DNA of 64,000 nt from Octopus sinensis (GCF_006345805.1 NC_043003.1:22878001-22942000); one strand, 5' to 3'. Positions 24,940-38,299 are shown, numbered from the stretch's first letter. Notes: generated by a model not told the origin, from the letters alone. Numbers and translations are program-made.

Positions 24940-25211
24940 TAATCCTGATGATGATGATCATCATCATCATCACGATCCTCCTCCTCCTCCTCCTCATCAT
25001 CATCATCACGATCCTCCTCCTCTTCATCATCATCATCATCATCATCACGATCCCCCTCCTCCTCCTCCTCATCATCATCACCATCCTCCGCCTCCTCTTC
25101 ATCATCATCATCATCATCATCACCATCCTCCTCCTCCTCCTCTTCATCATCATCATCATCATCATCACGATCCTCCTCCTCCGCCTCCTCCTCATCATCA
25201 TCATCACCACG

Positions 25212-25247
<36 letters not shown>

Positions 25248-25345
25248 GTCGTCGTCGTCGTCGTCGTCGTCGTCATCATCATCATCATCAATAACACCAA
25301 TAATAGCATCAGTTGAACCACCACCACAAACAGCAACAGCAGCAG
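24940..25345. repeat. Compound (ATC)n/(CTC)n/(GTC)n trinucleotide array
   Basis: Direct. It is the source of the poly-D/E and poly-M/R pseudo-ORFs. Confidence 0.95.
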
Positions 25346-25384
25346 CAGCAGCAGCCCCCACCCCACCCAACTATCATTATCACA

Positions 25385-25463
<79 letters not shown>

Positions 25464-25554
25464 GTAATAATAATAATAATAGTAATGATAATAATAATAA
25501 TAATAATAGTAATAATAATAATAATAGTAATGATAATAATAGTAATAATAATAG

Positions 25555-25640
<86 letters not shown>
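25385..25640. repeat. (AAT)n array
   Basis: Direct. Confidence 0.97.
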
Positions 25641-25805
25641 CATTTATAAAGAAGGACATGAGGTAGTGTTAATTAGCAAGATGACATCTGAAGAATGTCT
25701 CATCACTCCATGTTGTTTTAGTAGTAGTAGTTGTTGTTGTAAATGTGGTACGTGTATGGGCGCGCGCGTATGTGTGTGCGTGTGTGAGTGTGCATGCGCG
25801 TGTAC

Positions 25806-25837
<32 letters not shown>

Positions 25838-26059
25838 CTGCGAATGCTTGCCAATGTGTGTCTATTGATGTCATTGAAAATTTCTGAAATTGTTGGTGTT
25901 TGTGATGCGGGTTGTTTATGATTGATTACATTCAGTGAGAAAATGTGGCAAGGATGCAGGTAGGTAAAGACAGAACCCCCCCCCCCCAACAAAAACAGAT
26001 GAATAAACGAAAGGTAAAGAACAAATAATTAGAAGAAATCAGAATAATTCCTTTTATCA

Positions 26060-26556
<497 letters not shown>

Positions 26557-26559
<3 letters not shown>

Positions 26560-27036
26560 GATGCAGTACCAGGCAGTGGCTCTCGTGGCTTCTGATCTTA
26601 ACTGATTGGAAGTGTTATCATGTACATTGTTCTATCTTGGTATAAAAGATGGGCTACAGCAAATATTCTGCTCAATACTACAGATTTGCTTGTCAGTTGT
26701 TTGACCTTAACCAGTTGAGCATGTTCCTCAGTGGCTGACGATATGTGCATCTTTGATCGCGAGCAAAAGTAATGGGGGAGCATCATAGCCGTGTGTTGAA
26801 AGGAATTCTTAGAGGTTTGCACAATTCACCTTTGGAAACATGGGTGGTTCGTTGAATATCCTTAAAGAATCCTTATTCAGAGGCTTTTTAAGCGGGATGG
26901 GCTACTCGACCAGAAGAAAATTCTAACTGGGTCCCACCGCAAGGTCATGCGTTGTTTATCTAGATATGAGATCACCATGTCGCGCACATATGATTGTGAT
27001 GAATGTACCCGGTGTACCCTTATCAGACGGGTAGTC
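26557..27036 (+). mobile_element. (AAT)n-associated non-coding retroelement-like family, 5' ~480 bp
   Basis: Reverse complement of the copies at 51475-52030 and 53007-53511. It begins right after (AAT)n. Confidence 0.8.
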
Positions 27037-27726
27037 TGATAGAGTCGTAGAGCAAGCACTAAGAACAAACTATATAAAATAGAGAATAAACAATTACCAG
27101 AATAAACAATTACCAACATATTACCAGCCAATGTACGCCACTAGCTCAGAAGGAATATAAGAGACGCCACGACAATATAGCCAGGCTTGTTCATTGGACT
27201 CTTTGCAAAAAGTATGGACTTGACAGAGGAAAAACTTGGTACGACCACAAACCTGAAGGCATCGTCGAAAATAGAAATGCAAAGATCCTATGGAATTGTA
27301 TGATCCAGTGCGACCATGAGATAGAGAATAGGAAACCGGGCATAGTCTTAATTGAGAAAGAAAGCAAACGATGCTGGATCATAGACATAGCATGACTAGC
27401 TGACAACAAGCTATGCAATAAGGAAGAAAGAAAAGTCGAGAGATATGACAGGTTAGCTTGGGAAGTTAAGAAGTTGTGGTCGATGAAAAAGGTAGCAGTA
27501 GTACCAGAAATTGTCGGAGCCCTGGGAACAGTGAGCAAAACCTCGAGAAGTAGGTGGAACAAACAGGGGCTGCAATAATGGTAGAGCACTTGCAGAAAAC
27601 AGCACTGCTTGGAACCGGTCGAATGCTCCGAAAGGTGCCCGAAAAATAAGAGTTGTTACCTTAGTTCACTGGCAGTTAACAGCTGACACTGTAGTACATC
27701 TCCAGCGTTAGAAGCAATGCAGAGGC
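27037..27726 (+). mobile_element. R4/Dong-like non-LTR retrotransposon 3' end (zinc-knuckle remnant, RLE domain, 3' UTR, (AAT)n tail)
   Basis: EQALRTNYIK..HITSQCTPLAQKEYKRRHDNIARLVHWTLCKKYGL..WYDHKPEGIVEN..KILW..IQCDHEIENRKP.IVLIEKESKRCWIIDIA..KVERYDRLAWEVKKLW..VVPEIVGALGTVSK..HLQKTALLGTGRMLRKV. Stop at 27647-27649, with internal stops and a frameshift. Confidence 0.9.
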
Positions 27727-27915
27727 AATAATAATAATAATAATACTAATACTAATATTAACAACAACAACAACAACAACAACAACGACAACGACAACGA
27801 CGACGACGACGACAACAACAACAACAACAATAACAACAACAACAACAACAACAACAACAATAATAATAATAATAATACTAATACTAATATTAATAACAAC
27901 AACAACAACAACAAC

Positions 27916-27947
<32 letters not shown>

Positions 27948-27950
27948 TAA
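27727..27950. repeat. Compound (AAT)n/(AAC)n/(GAC)n array
   Basis: Direct. Confidence 0.95.
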
Positions 27951-29526
27951 TGTGTTGATATTCGTGGATGAATGTTGTCTGAATTTATATTCTTGTTGGG
28001 TTCCACGTTGGGCAGTAAAATGTAAGCACCATCTTCGTAATATATATATATATATATATATATATCAAATTTTTGAGTTTGCTAGTTCAGGTGTCTAAGA
28101 GATATAGCTACTTCACTGCGTGTATCTCAGCCCTACCAAATGTGTCCATACTAACATAAAGTCCGCTAGCACTATTAATTCCATTGGCATGCATGAATGT
28201 TTTATGCCACTATCTATTATAATGTTATATTGCTCAGCAGATGTTAAGTCGCTGTTGGACATGTGGACGGTGGCGTAGGAATAATATTCAACAATGTTGA
28301 TATCAGTAAATCTGTAATGAGGTGTTGTAGCTACGTCTCAGGTATTATTTCTTTGCCTGGAGTATGTAGCTTCCTGCTTTTGACATATATATTATTTTAG
28401 ATGCGTTTACTAATTCCTCTGGTTTTAGCCTACGTTTAATTAATTAATTTACTTTGTAGAGTGAAATTGAATTTATCCTGTATTTGTATAGGGATATAAA
28501 AGAAATCGAAAAATAAATACAGAGTAAAATCTATTGAATATACATATTAACAATAGAGAACTTTGGGAAAAACTATTGTAAAAGCAAGAGAAGTTCGTCT
28601 GCTAGACATTTGAAATAGGCCATCAGAAAATTCTGGTTAATAACGAAACTATGATCAATGCGATGTTTACTCTGACAAAAGATATTTTCAATTTATTTGG
28701 AGTGTGAATATGTATGTTGAGAGGGTGTCCAAAGCTTCGCTGTTAGGGGATTTGAAAATATCTCAAATATTTTGATTTATGACAACAAACAGATATTAGT
28801 TATACAGAAGTGTTTAAGATAGAATGCTTAAAGAACAAATCTTCATCATTTCAGACAGGCAGCGATAATAATCACTGTAACCGGTTTATGAAGTTTGGTT
28901 TTCACCAATATCTTCTAAGTATTGTTTTTGTAATGTTTGATATTTATTCTTAAAATCTGTAACAAACCTGTTGAAAACGATCTTTCAGGTGTTCCGAAAG
29001 AGTATTGATGTTGAATCATCATCTGAATGCCATTAAAAAAATTCTTTTTAGAAAACGAGCTCATAGAATAAAATATTTCTAGACACATCTAGAACTAATC
29101 TACGCTGTTGTTCAAGACGGCAGGATGTGATATGAAGAAGTTTGCTTGGAAATGTTTCACAAATTAAGACAAATTTTTATACCTAAAAGATCAATCAGAA
29201 CATGAAGATAAATATTTTGCAAATGTTTAATAAATAACATAAACTTCCTTTAATTGATTAGACATTGGATATCAAACTGCCTCAGACAAAATAATCGGTT
29301 AATCCATTTATCTTTGCAGCAGGTTAATATTTGTTATATTCATCGATTTCCTTCTTATCTTTCTATCATCTAGCCACGCTTTCGATCTAATTATAGGCTG
29401 TGATCCGCTAAAAATTGGGTGCCTAATTCTTAGCAGAATTTGCTTTCTCAGATGCAAAGATCTTCTGGTTTCTTTGAGATTCGTTGGAATATATTCGTTT
29501 CTGCTTCCAGTTTATGGATATTCTTT

Positions 29527-29910
29527 TCTTCTTTTATTTGTTTCAGTCATTTGACTGTGGCCATGCTGGAGCACCGTCTTTAGTCGAGCAAATCGACCCC
29601 AGGACTTATTCTTTGTAAGCCTAGTACTTATTCTGTCCGTCTTTTTTGCCGAACCGCTAAGTTACGGGAACGTAAGCACACCAGCATCGGTTGTCAAGCG
29701 ATGTTGGGGGGGAACAAACACAGACACAAACACACATATATATACATATACACGACAGGTTTCTTTCAGTTTTCTTCTACCAAATCCACTCACAAGGCTT
29801 TGGTCGGCCTGAGGCTATAGTAGAAGACACTTGCCCAAGGTGCCACGCAGTGGGAGTGAACCCGGAACCACGTGGCTGGTAAGCAAGCTACTTACCACAG
29901 AGCCACTCCC
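29527..29910 (-). mobile_element. SINE group B, full length
   Basis: Head, linker and tail all present. Confidence 0.9.
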
Positions 29911-29938
29911 GCGATTTGAAACAAAAATTAATAATACC

Positions 29939-30162
29939 TATTTCTTTACTACCCACATGGGGCTAAACACAGAGGGGACAAACAAGGACAGATAAACGGA
30001 TTACATCAACACCAGTGCGTAACTGGTACTTATTTAAGCGACCCCGAAAGGATGAAAGGTAAAGTCGACCTCGGCGGAGTTTGAACTCAGAAACGTAGCG
30101 GCAGACGAAATGCCGCTAAGCATTTCGCCCGACGTGCTAACGATTCTACCAGCACGCCGCCT
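29939..30162 (-). mobile_element. SINE group A monomer with ~23-bp target-site duplication
   Basis: TTTGAAACAAAA(A)TTAATAATACC occurs at 29915-29938 and 30164-30186. Confidence 0.9.
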
Positions 30163-30501
30163 TTTTGAAACAAAATTAATAATACCACCAGAGAAATCTG
30201 TGAAGTGAAGCAGTTCACTGAACTTTCATGATTAATTGTTAATTTTGGCTGTCGAGAACAACGTAAAGGTGTGATGCAGCAGAAAAATGTAATTTAGCAG
30301 AGCAATGATGTAATGTTATGCCCAGTGGAAGTAAAAAAAGATGGGAATATGTTGCTTCTGTTACTACTTCAAATTCTAGTGGATATTTTGTTGAACTTGT
30401 GAGTTATTTGGACGTAAACAAACCAATATCGGTATGTCAAACAGTGAGTCAAAGGAAAAGACCTACACGCCCATACACTTTGTGTAATTATCTGTCAATT
30501 C

Positions 30502-30504
<3 letters not shown>

Positions 30505-30582
<78 letters not shown>

Positions 30583-30720
30583 CCTACCTGTCTGTCTGTC
30601 TGTCTGTCTTTCTGTCTGTCTGTCTGTCTTTCTGTCTGTCTTTCTGTCTGTCTTTCTGTCTGCCTGTATGTATGTATGTCTACCTGTCTGACTGTCCGTC
30701 TGCCAATCTGTCTGTCAGTC
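30505..30720. repeat. Compound (ATCT)n/(GTCT)n microsatellite
   Basis: Direct. Confidence 0.95.
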
Positions 30721-30979
30721 TGTATATTTATATAGATGCATGTCTGTCTATTAATCTGTCTATTTATCTAGCCATTTATCTAGATGATGTTGGTAACTCC
30801 AACGAGTTTCCATCTACCAAATTTATTTGCGGAGCATTGGTTGATCCGGGGCTATAATTGCAGACAGTTGTTCAAAAGTTTCGCGTACTTCTACGAGACT
30901 CCAAAACCACATGATTGCAAAGTAAAACTTCACTCTGTACGTATGTCTGATGTGTTTCCCGTCTATAAATTTTTGAACA

Positions 30980-31630
30980 TGCGTTATACATTTGCATCGA
31001 GAGCCCAGTGTGAACTATTATATAATTTTCAAAACGTGTGGAGGGATTAAATTAACTTTTTCGCAAGGGTCTTCCAATTACAATTGGAAGAGCCCCCTAA
31101 CTAATAGATTGATGCCTGCTTCATTGCTTAACGGTATTTTAGCACGATTTCAAAAGAATAATTATAATACAACCCTTCTGAGTATCGTGCATGATATTGA
31201 TAATGTGTTTCCCCGCTCTCCCGCAATAAAGTAATGAATGAACATACTGCTTCATTGATCTCAATGAAATGGTGTACTCAAACAGTAAAACTCTGAAAGG
31301 GGAACGATTCAAAGATTTTCATGATTATCAGAAAGAAATTAAATTGTTCCAAGATTCCTTTAATGTTATTTCCAGGAAAACCTCCTGGAAAGTATCAACT
31401 GGAAATAATTGATCTTCAGGTCAACGATATGCTGATAACTAATGTTTAAAGAGAATGGGCTTTTGAAACTTTATGCCTCTATGCTTGAAGAATTTATGTT
31501 TAAAAATGTTTGCTGCTGATATATTTTCAATTTTCGGTGATACATCTGTGAGGAAACATCTTCATACATGAAATTAAGAGAATCAATGCTTTGATAAAAG
31601 CTTTACAGATGGGTATCTACAAATTTATCC
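30980..31630 (+). pseudogene. hAT (SPIN/Buster/GTF2IRD2-like) transposase fossil
   Basis: Frameshifted motifs ERFKDFHDYQKEIKLFQDSF..PGKYQLEIIDLQVNDML..IFSIFGDT/CEETSSYMK resemble the hAT C-terminal dimerisation region. The upstream part is weaker. Confidence 0.6.
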
Positions 31631-31744
31631 CTTTTGATATTAACTCGCCTGGTACCCCACCCGGGTTCAATGATCTAAACTTTCTCTTTTAGAGTAATCT
31701 AAATTAAAAGTTTATGTTCTAATCATCAGTTTAATAATCCTTTC

Positions 31745-32106
31745 GACTATAGGTAAAAGACCTGAAATTTAGAGGAGCGGGATAGTCAGCCAATTACATT
31801 GACCCCAGTCCTCGACTGGTACTTATTTTACCAACCACGAAACGATGAAAGGCAAAGTCGACATCGGCGGAATTTGAACTCAAAACGTAACGGCAGACGA
31901 ATACCAGAGAGGACAAACAATGACAGACAAACGGATTAAGTCGATTATATCGACCCCAGTGCGTAACTGGTACTTAATTTATCGACCCCGAAAGGATGAA
32001 AGGCAAAGTCGATCTCGGCGGAATTTGAACTCAGAACGTAACGGCAGACGAAATACTGCTAAGCATTTCGCCCGGCTCGCTAACGATTCTGCCAGCTCGC
32101 CGCCTT
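31745..32106 (-). mobile_element. SINE group A dimer
   Basis: Two cores and one head. Confidence 0.85.
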
Positions 32107-32780
32107 AATCATCATAATGACAAAACTATTTCAGTAGGTTGTTTTCCCCGCTTATTTTACAAATTAATTGAAAAGGTTACTGCATGGCCGCAGTCTGATG
32201 GCTGAAATAAGTACAAGATAAATATTTCAACAGAAATACGGCAAACTAAAAGCTTGCACATCACCGAGTTTGTAAAAGTTCGGTCTCACGCATCTCATTA
32301 AAATTTCTATCATATTTCTTTTCTGCAACAACGTGGACTGTTTATTCTAGTTCGTAAATTGTCTCAGCAAATTCATCCCCTATCTTTCAATCGATAACAG
32401 AACATGCACAATTTACGTGTTGTGGAGCTTATGGTTGGAGTTGTATTAAGATGATTTTGATTTATTTGGAGTATTCTAAATTAGCCAGAATCAGCTACCA
32501 CCAAATTTGCATCATCATATTGGCCGTTTTATATGAAAAGTTGGGTACGTGGGGCTAAATGCAGAGACAAAAGATAGACGAAAAAAAAATGATCACAGTG
32601 AATGTAGTAGAGTAGTGGGTGTGAAGAGGTACATACGAAAGAGAGGGAGTGGGTGAAGGACAGAGAGAGAGAGAGAGGGGAGAGAGAGAGTGAGGGAAAG
32701 CGGGGAGAGAGAGAGAGGTGGGGATTACTGTCGGTAGCAGTGTGAGTAACGTGTTACTTAAGGACAGAGGGGATTAGAGG

Positions 32781-33990
32781 ACGGCGAGCTGGCAGAAACG
32801 TTAACACGCCGGGCGAAATGCGTAGCCGTATCTCGTCTGCCGTTACGTTCTGAGTTCAAATTCCGCCGAGGTCGACTTTACCTTTCATCCTTTCGGGGTC
32901 GATAAATTAAGTACCAGTTACACACTGGAGTCGATGTAATCGACGTAGTCCCTTTGTCTGTCCTTGTTTGTCCCCTCTATGTTTAGCCCCTTGTGGGCAA
33001 TAAAGAAATAAGAAACGTTAGCACGCCGGGCGAATGCGAGGCCGTATTTCGTCTGTCGTTACGTTCTGAGTTCAAATTCCGCCGAGTCGACTTTGCCTTT
33101 CATCCTTTCGGGATCGATAAATTAAGTATCAGTTACGCACTGTGGTCGATGTAATCGACTTAATACCTATGTATGTCTTTGTTTGTCCCCTCTATGTTTA
33201 GCCCGTTGTGGGTACTAAAGAAATAGGTATTTCGTCTGCCGTTACGTTCTGAGTTCAAATTCCGCCGAGGTCGACTTTGCCTTTCATCCTTTCGGGATCG
33301 ATAAATTAAGTATCAGTTACGCACTGTGGTCGATGTAACCGACTTAATACCTATGTCTGTCCTTGTTTGTCCCCTCTATGTTTAGCCCGTTGTGGGTACT
33401 AAAGAAATAAGAAACGTTAGCACGCCGGCGAATGCGAGGCCGTATTTCGTCTGTCGTTACGTTCTGAGTTCAAATTCCGCCGAGTCGACTTGCCTTTCAT
33501 CCTTTCGGGATCGATAAATTAAGTATCAGTTACGCACTGTGGTCGATGTAATCGACTTAATACCTATGTATGTCTTTGTTTGTCCCCTCTATGTTTAGCC
33601 CGTTGTGGGTACTAAAGAAATAGGTATTTCGTCTGCCGTTACGTTCTGAGTTCAAATTCCGCCGAGGTCGACTTTGCCTTTCATCCTTTCGGGATCGATA
33701 AATTAAGTATCAGTTACGCACTGTGGTCGATGTAACCGACTTAATACCTATGTCTGTCCTTGTTTGTCCCCTCTATGTTTAGCCCGTTGTGGGTACTAAA
33801 GAAATAGATATTTCGTCTGTCGTTACGTTCTGAGTTCAAATTCCGCTGAGGTCGACTTTGCCTTTCATCCTTTCGAGGTTGATAAATTAAATACCAGTTA
33901 TGCACTGGGGTCGATGTAATCGACTTAATCCCTTTTCTGTCTTTGTTTGTTCCCTCTATGTTTAGTCCCTTGTGGGCAATAAAGAAATAA
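32781..33990 (+). mobile_element. SINE group A hexameric tandem array
   Basis: Six core-plus-tail units beginning near 32781, 33011, 33227, 33411, 33623 and 33807. Confidence 0.92.
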
Positions 33991-34877
33991 GGAGAGATGA
34001 GATTAGTGACAGAGGTGATGGATGAAGGTTTAGCAGTGTAGAGTGAGTCAACCGATCAGTCCAAGTTTGAACTTTGATGCGTTATATGTATGTGTGAGAG
34101 TGTAATATATATGTACACACAAGCCCCGCCCCCGCCACACTCACAGAGGCGTGTATTATTAGCAATGGGAACATTATTAGTTCAAGATATTAATAATTCA
34201 GTATATCATGCATAAAGCATATATACAGTTGAAAGCCTGGAAACTGCGGTATTCGTCTCGACAAAACATCTCGTATTGAGGTATAGTGTTAAAAACACAG
34301 AAATATATCAGTAAGAAATATATCAAGCTGGTGAGCTGGCAGAAACATTAGCACGCCGGGTGAAATGCTTAGCGGTATTTCGTCTGCGTTACGTTCTGAG
34401 TTCAAATTCCGCCGAGGTCGACTTTGCCTTTCATCCTTTCGGGGTCGATAAATTAAGTACCAGTTACGCACTGGGGTCGATGTAATCGACATAATACCTA
34501 TGTCTGTCCTTGTTTGTCCCCTCTATGTTTAGCCGCTTGTGGGTAATAAAGAAATAGGTATTTCGTCTGCCGCTACGTTCTGAGTTCAAATTCCGCCGAG
34601 GTCGACTTTGCCTTTCATCCTTTCGAGGTCGATTACATAAGTTCTAGTTACGCACTGGGGTCGATGCAATCGACTTAATCCCTTTGTCTGCCCTTGTTTG
34701 TCCCCTCTATGTTTAGCCCCTTGTGGGCAATAAAGAAATAAGGAGAGATGAGATTAGTGACAGAAGTGATGGATGAAGGTTTAGCGGTGTAGAGTGCTTT
34801 AAACAATCAGTCCAAGTTTGAACTTTGATGCACTATATGTATGTGTGAGAGTATAATATATATGTACACACACACAC

Positions 34878-34917
<40 letters not shown>

Positions 34918-35084
34918 GCGTGTGTTATTAGCAATGAGAACATTATTACTTCAAGATATTAATAATTCGGTATATCATGCATAAAGCAGATATACAGTTG
35001 AAAGCCTGGAAACTGCGGTATTCGTCTTGACAAAACATCTCGTATTGAGGTATAGTGTTAAAAACACAGAAATATATCAGTAAG
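33990..35084 (+). repeat. ~750-bp tandem duplication (unique ~330-bp block x2 around a SINE-A dimer at 34330-34741)
   Basis: GGAGAGATGAGATTAGTGACAGA..CACAGAAATATATCAGTAAGA occurs at about 33990-34316 and about 34741-35084. Confidence 0.92.
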
Positions 35085-35284
35085 AGGCAAGATGTGTCTA
35101 GAGTGATGGGGAGTTTACAGTATATCAGTGTTAAGTATCGTTATACAGAATGATATATGTGCGCGCGTGTGTGTGTCTATGTGTGTGTGTGTGTGTTTTA
35201 TATTAAGGTTACCGTTTTAAACTAAGTTTAAGACTAACAACTAAACGTTTATAGAGAGTGGTCTTAATATAGAGTATCTGTTAT

Positions 35285-35730
35285 TTTTTATTTGTTCCAA
35301 TCATAATACTGCGGCCATGCTGGACAACTGCCTCGAAAAACTTTTAGCCGAAGGAATCGACCGTAGTACCAATTTTTCGTTAAATCTGGTCCCCATTCTG
35401 TTGGGGGTCATTTGCCGAACCGCTAATTTAAGGTACGTAAACACACCAATCGGTACAGAAGGACAGACACAGACACATAGGCATACGCACGCACACACAG
35501 ACATATATATATATATATGTACATATATATGTTTGTATGTGTGCGTGTGTATGTGGGTGTGTGTGTGTAAACAGATATAGATATACGACAGGCTTCTTTC
35601 AATTTCCGTCTACCAAATGCACGCACAGACTTTGGTCGACCCGAGGCTATAGTAGAAGACACTTGCCCAAAGTTCCACGTAGTGGGACGGAACCCAGAAC
35701 TATGTTGTTGGAAAGCAAGCCTCTTACCAC
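35285..35730 (-). mobile_element. SINE group B with expanded internal microsatellite
   Basis: Head, linker and tail recognisable. Confidence 0.8.
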
Positions 35731-36039
35731 ACCGTCCCGATTGTGCCTGTATTAATTTTTTTTTATATATATAAAATTCGTATCTGGGTCTTAAAGTTTA
35801 CGACGACGGCTTGTTGAACCAGAGAAGAACTATGCCTTCTGGTCGTGAATTCTATCTAATGAAGGTTGTGATCACTCTCTCCATATAACATTAAAATTAA
35901 GCTTTGATAATCTATTGAATAAGTCCTAGTCAACATGAATTTTATTTTATACACACACGCACACACATGTGTATATATATATACACATATACACACCCAA
36001 ACACACACACATACACGCATGTGTATATGTATTTGTGCG

Positions 36040-36071
<32 letters not shown>

Positions 36072-36085
36072 CATGTATGTCTGTA

Positions 36086-36160
<75 letters not shown>

Positions 36161-36199
36161 ATACATACATACACACACACACATAATATGTATAATTTA

Positions 36200-36960
36200 C
36201 TAACCCCTACAGAAGGCTGTGTAAAGGGAATAAAATAAATTGTAAATACACAGAGAATGTAAAAGAAAATTTATATCAATATTAATACACATAACCGGTT
36301 TCACATTTCTGTGATTTTCAAGAATGTATGACTTGAGGGACATGGTGTAGTCTAGAAAAAATAGACATAGACTGAGAGCATGGGAAAGGGAAAGGAAAAG
36401 GAACAGCTGCATTTTATTTGGAAAGAAGTTTGCTGAGATTTGAATAAGGAAAGAAACAAAGTAAGAAAGAAAACAAAAAAATATGTTAAATATGTTAAAG
36501 AGAGAGAACCAAAAGGAAAAGAAAGAGAAGAAAATCCAAAGAAAGAAGAGAAGAAAAATAACCAGTGGAAATATTATAAAGAAGAATGATAAATAAAAAA
36601 AAAACTGAAAGACTCTGGGAACGACATTTGTCTTTGACATAAAGAGCGAGAGAAATAAAGAGTTTAAAGGAAATAAACAAAGACCGAAAGAAGAATGAAA
36701 ATGAGAAGAAATAAAGTTGGAAAGGAGCAAAACGAGAAAGAAATAGGAAAAATGAGAGCCAAGGAAAGAAGAGACAATAGATAAACAGAATAAGGAAAAC
36801 GATAGACAAAAATAAACATGGGGAAGAAAAAGGTCTGGCAAAGAAACAATAAGAGACGTGAAAGAGGGGGTGAACTGAAAGAGGAAGGAGAAAAGAAAAG
36901 ATTAGTGAATTGCGGGAAAGAAAGAGTGAAAGATAGCAAGTTTAATTCTATAAAGAAAGA
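36200..36960 (+). repeat. Purine-rich (A/G) low-complexity tract
   Basis: Strong strand bias. It gives F/L/S-rich pseudo-ORFs on minus. Confidence 0.8.
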
Positions 36961-38299
36961 ACTTTATTTCTTCTGTTTGTTTATGTACGGTCTATATTCA
37001 GACAAGTTATCTCCCCTGAGTGTCCTTTTACGATTTTTGTCACTTCTACTGGGAATTTTTGTTTACTAATTGCGTGAATAATCTCAACTAATCAGAGAGA
37101 CAGTACTGAACTTTTATTGCTATTTCTTTCGTTGATTATTTTCTGTCTCCATGTTTTTCTTAGTTCTTCTATAATTCTGTAGAATTTTTACAAAGACAAA
37201 AAAAAAAAAAATTTTTTAAAGTTACCCCCTAAAAAAACAAAGCAAAAAAGGGAATGGTCGACATATACGAAGAACATATTTGAAAGACTGGAAAAATTGT
37301 AACATAGATAGACGGGCGAACATTGTGTGAAAAAATTGTAGTCGATTAGATTGACTTTTGTAGGTTATTGTACATATTTTATCTAACTCAAGAGAGACAA
37401 AATCAAGCTTGGTTGGAATTGAAAAGAAAATTTAAAGGAACGATATTAAATGCTACGAGTCCGTTTGTCCTGGAATTTGAACGATCTTGTCATTTTTTTT
37501 TGTCCTAGCGTCTATCCCGCGTCTATTTTTGAGTCCGTTTAATTTTATTGATGCGACCAGAGTATTTTTCCAGCCAACTTATGATTCTGTCATAGAAGAC
37601 TCATTCATTATTATCTGGGTTCTTAAAAGGTCTCCTTCCCACAATGTAAATGCTTGTAATATGAGGCGAAATTCCATCCCTTAACATAAAGAGCCGAAAC
37701 GGACACATACACATACAAAAAAGCCTGCTCCATGTAATAATTCTGCCAATCCACCTCACTAGACTAGTACTTCATTTAACCCCGATGGATAAATAAAAAC
37801 AAAAATGTAAGTTGCCCGGGGTGGTATTCGAGCTCATGACGAATGGATCCGGATCAAATAGTTAAACATTCCTTAAACAACGTTTCTAATGACTCTGCTA
37901 AGAGATCATCTCTACATATGCTTAGACATCAGGAAATCATGATTTCTGATATATGTACAATGCGTCACAATTTTGGTGGAAGGAATGGTATCGCTTAAAA
38001 TCCGCCAGTGGAACCCCAGTTAATAACAGCTTTTCAGTCCATAGTCCCCCGAGGAATGAAGGCCGAACAGAACCATATCAGGATCTAAAGTCACCTGAAG
38101 AATGAAGGCCGAACAGAACCTTATCAAGATCTAAAGCCGAGATATAAATGGATTTTACGATCTACATCACGGCATGCCAATTATTAGTCATGTACCGATT
38201 TAGCTTTCCACCGTCACTTGTAGGGCAAGGTATATTCATTTATACCAATCTCGGGTTTCACTGGTACCAATCTCCGGTTTCACTGGTACTTTAATCTTA

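Noticed and set aside
28090-28340. ~74-codon open frame on minus (DVATTPHYRFTDINIVEYY..)
   Set aside because: No polypyrimidine acceptor, no donor and no recognisable family.
28600-29330. Possible second hAT transposase fossil on plus
   Set aside because: Only faint motif echoes across many stops and frameshifts. It needs a profile search.
32781-33990. CRISPR-like regular repeat array
   Set aside because: The units are ~185-230-bp SINE multimers with no unique spacers and no cas genes, in a eukaryotic context.
36200-36939. 213-aa hydrophobic, membrane-protein-like ORF on minus
   Set aside because: An artefact of the pyrimidine-rich strand of a purine tract.
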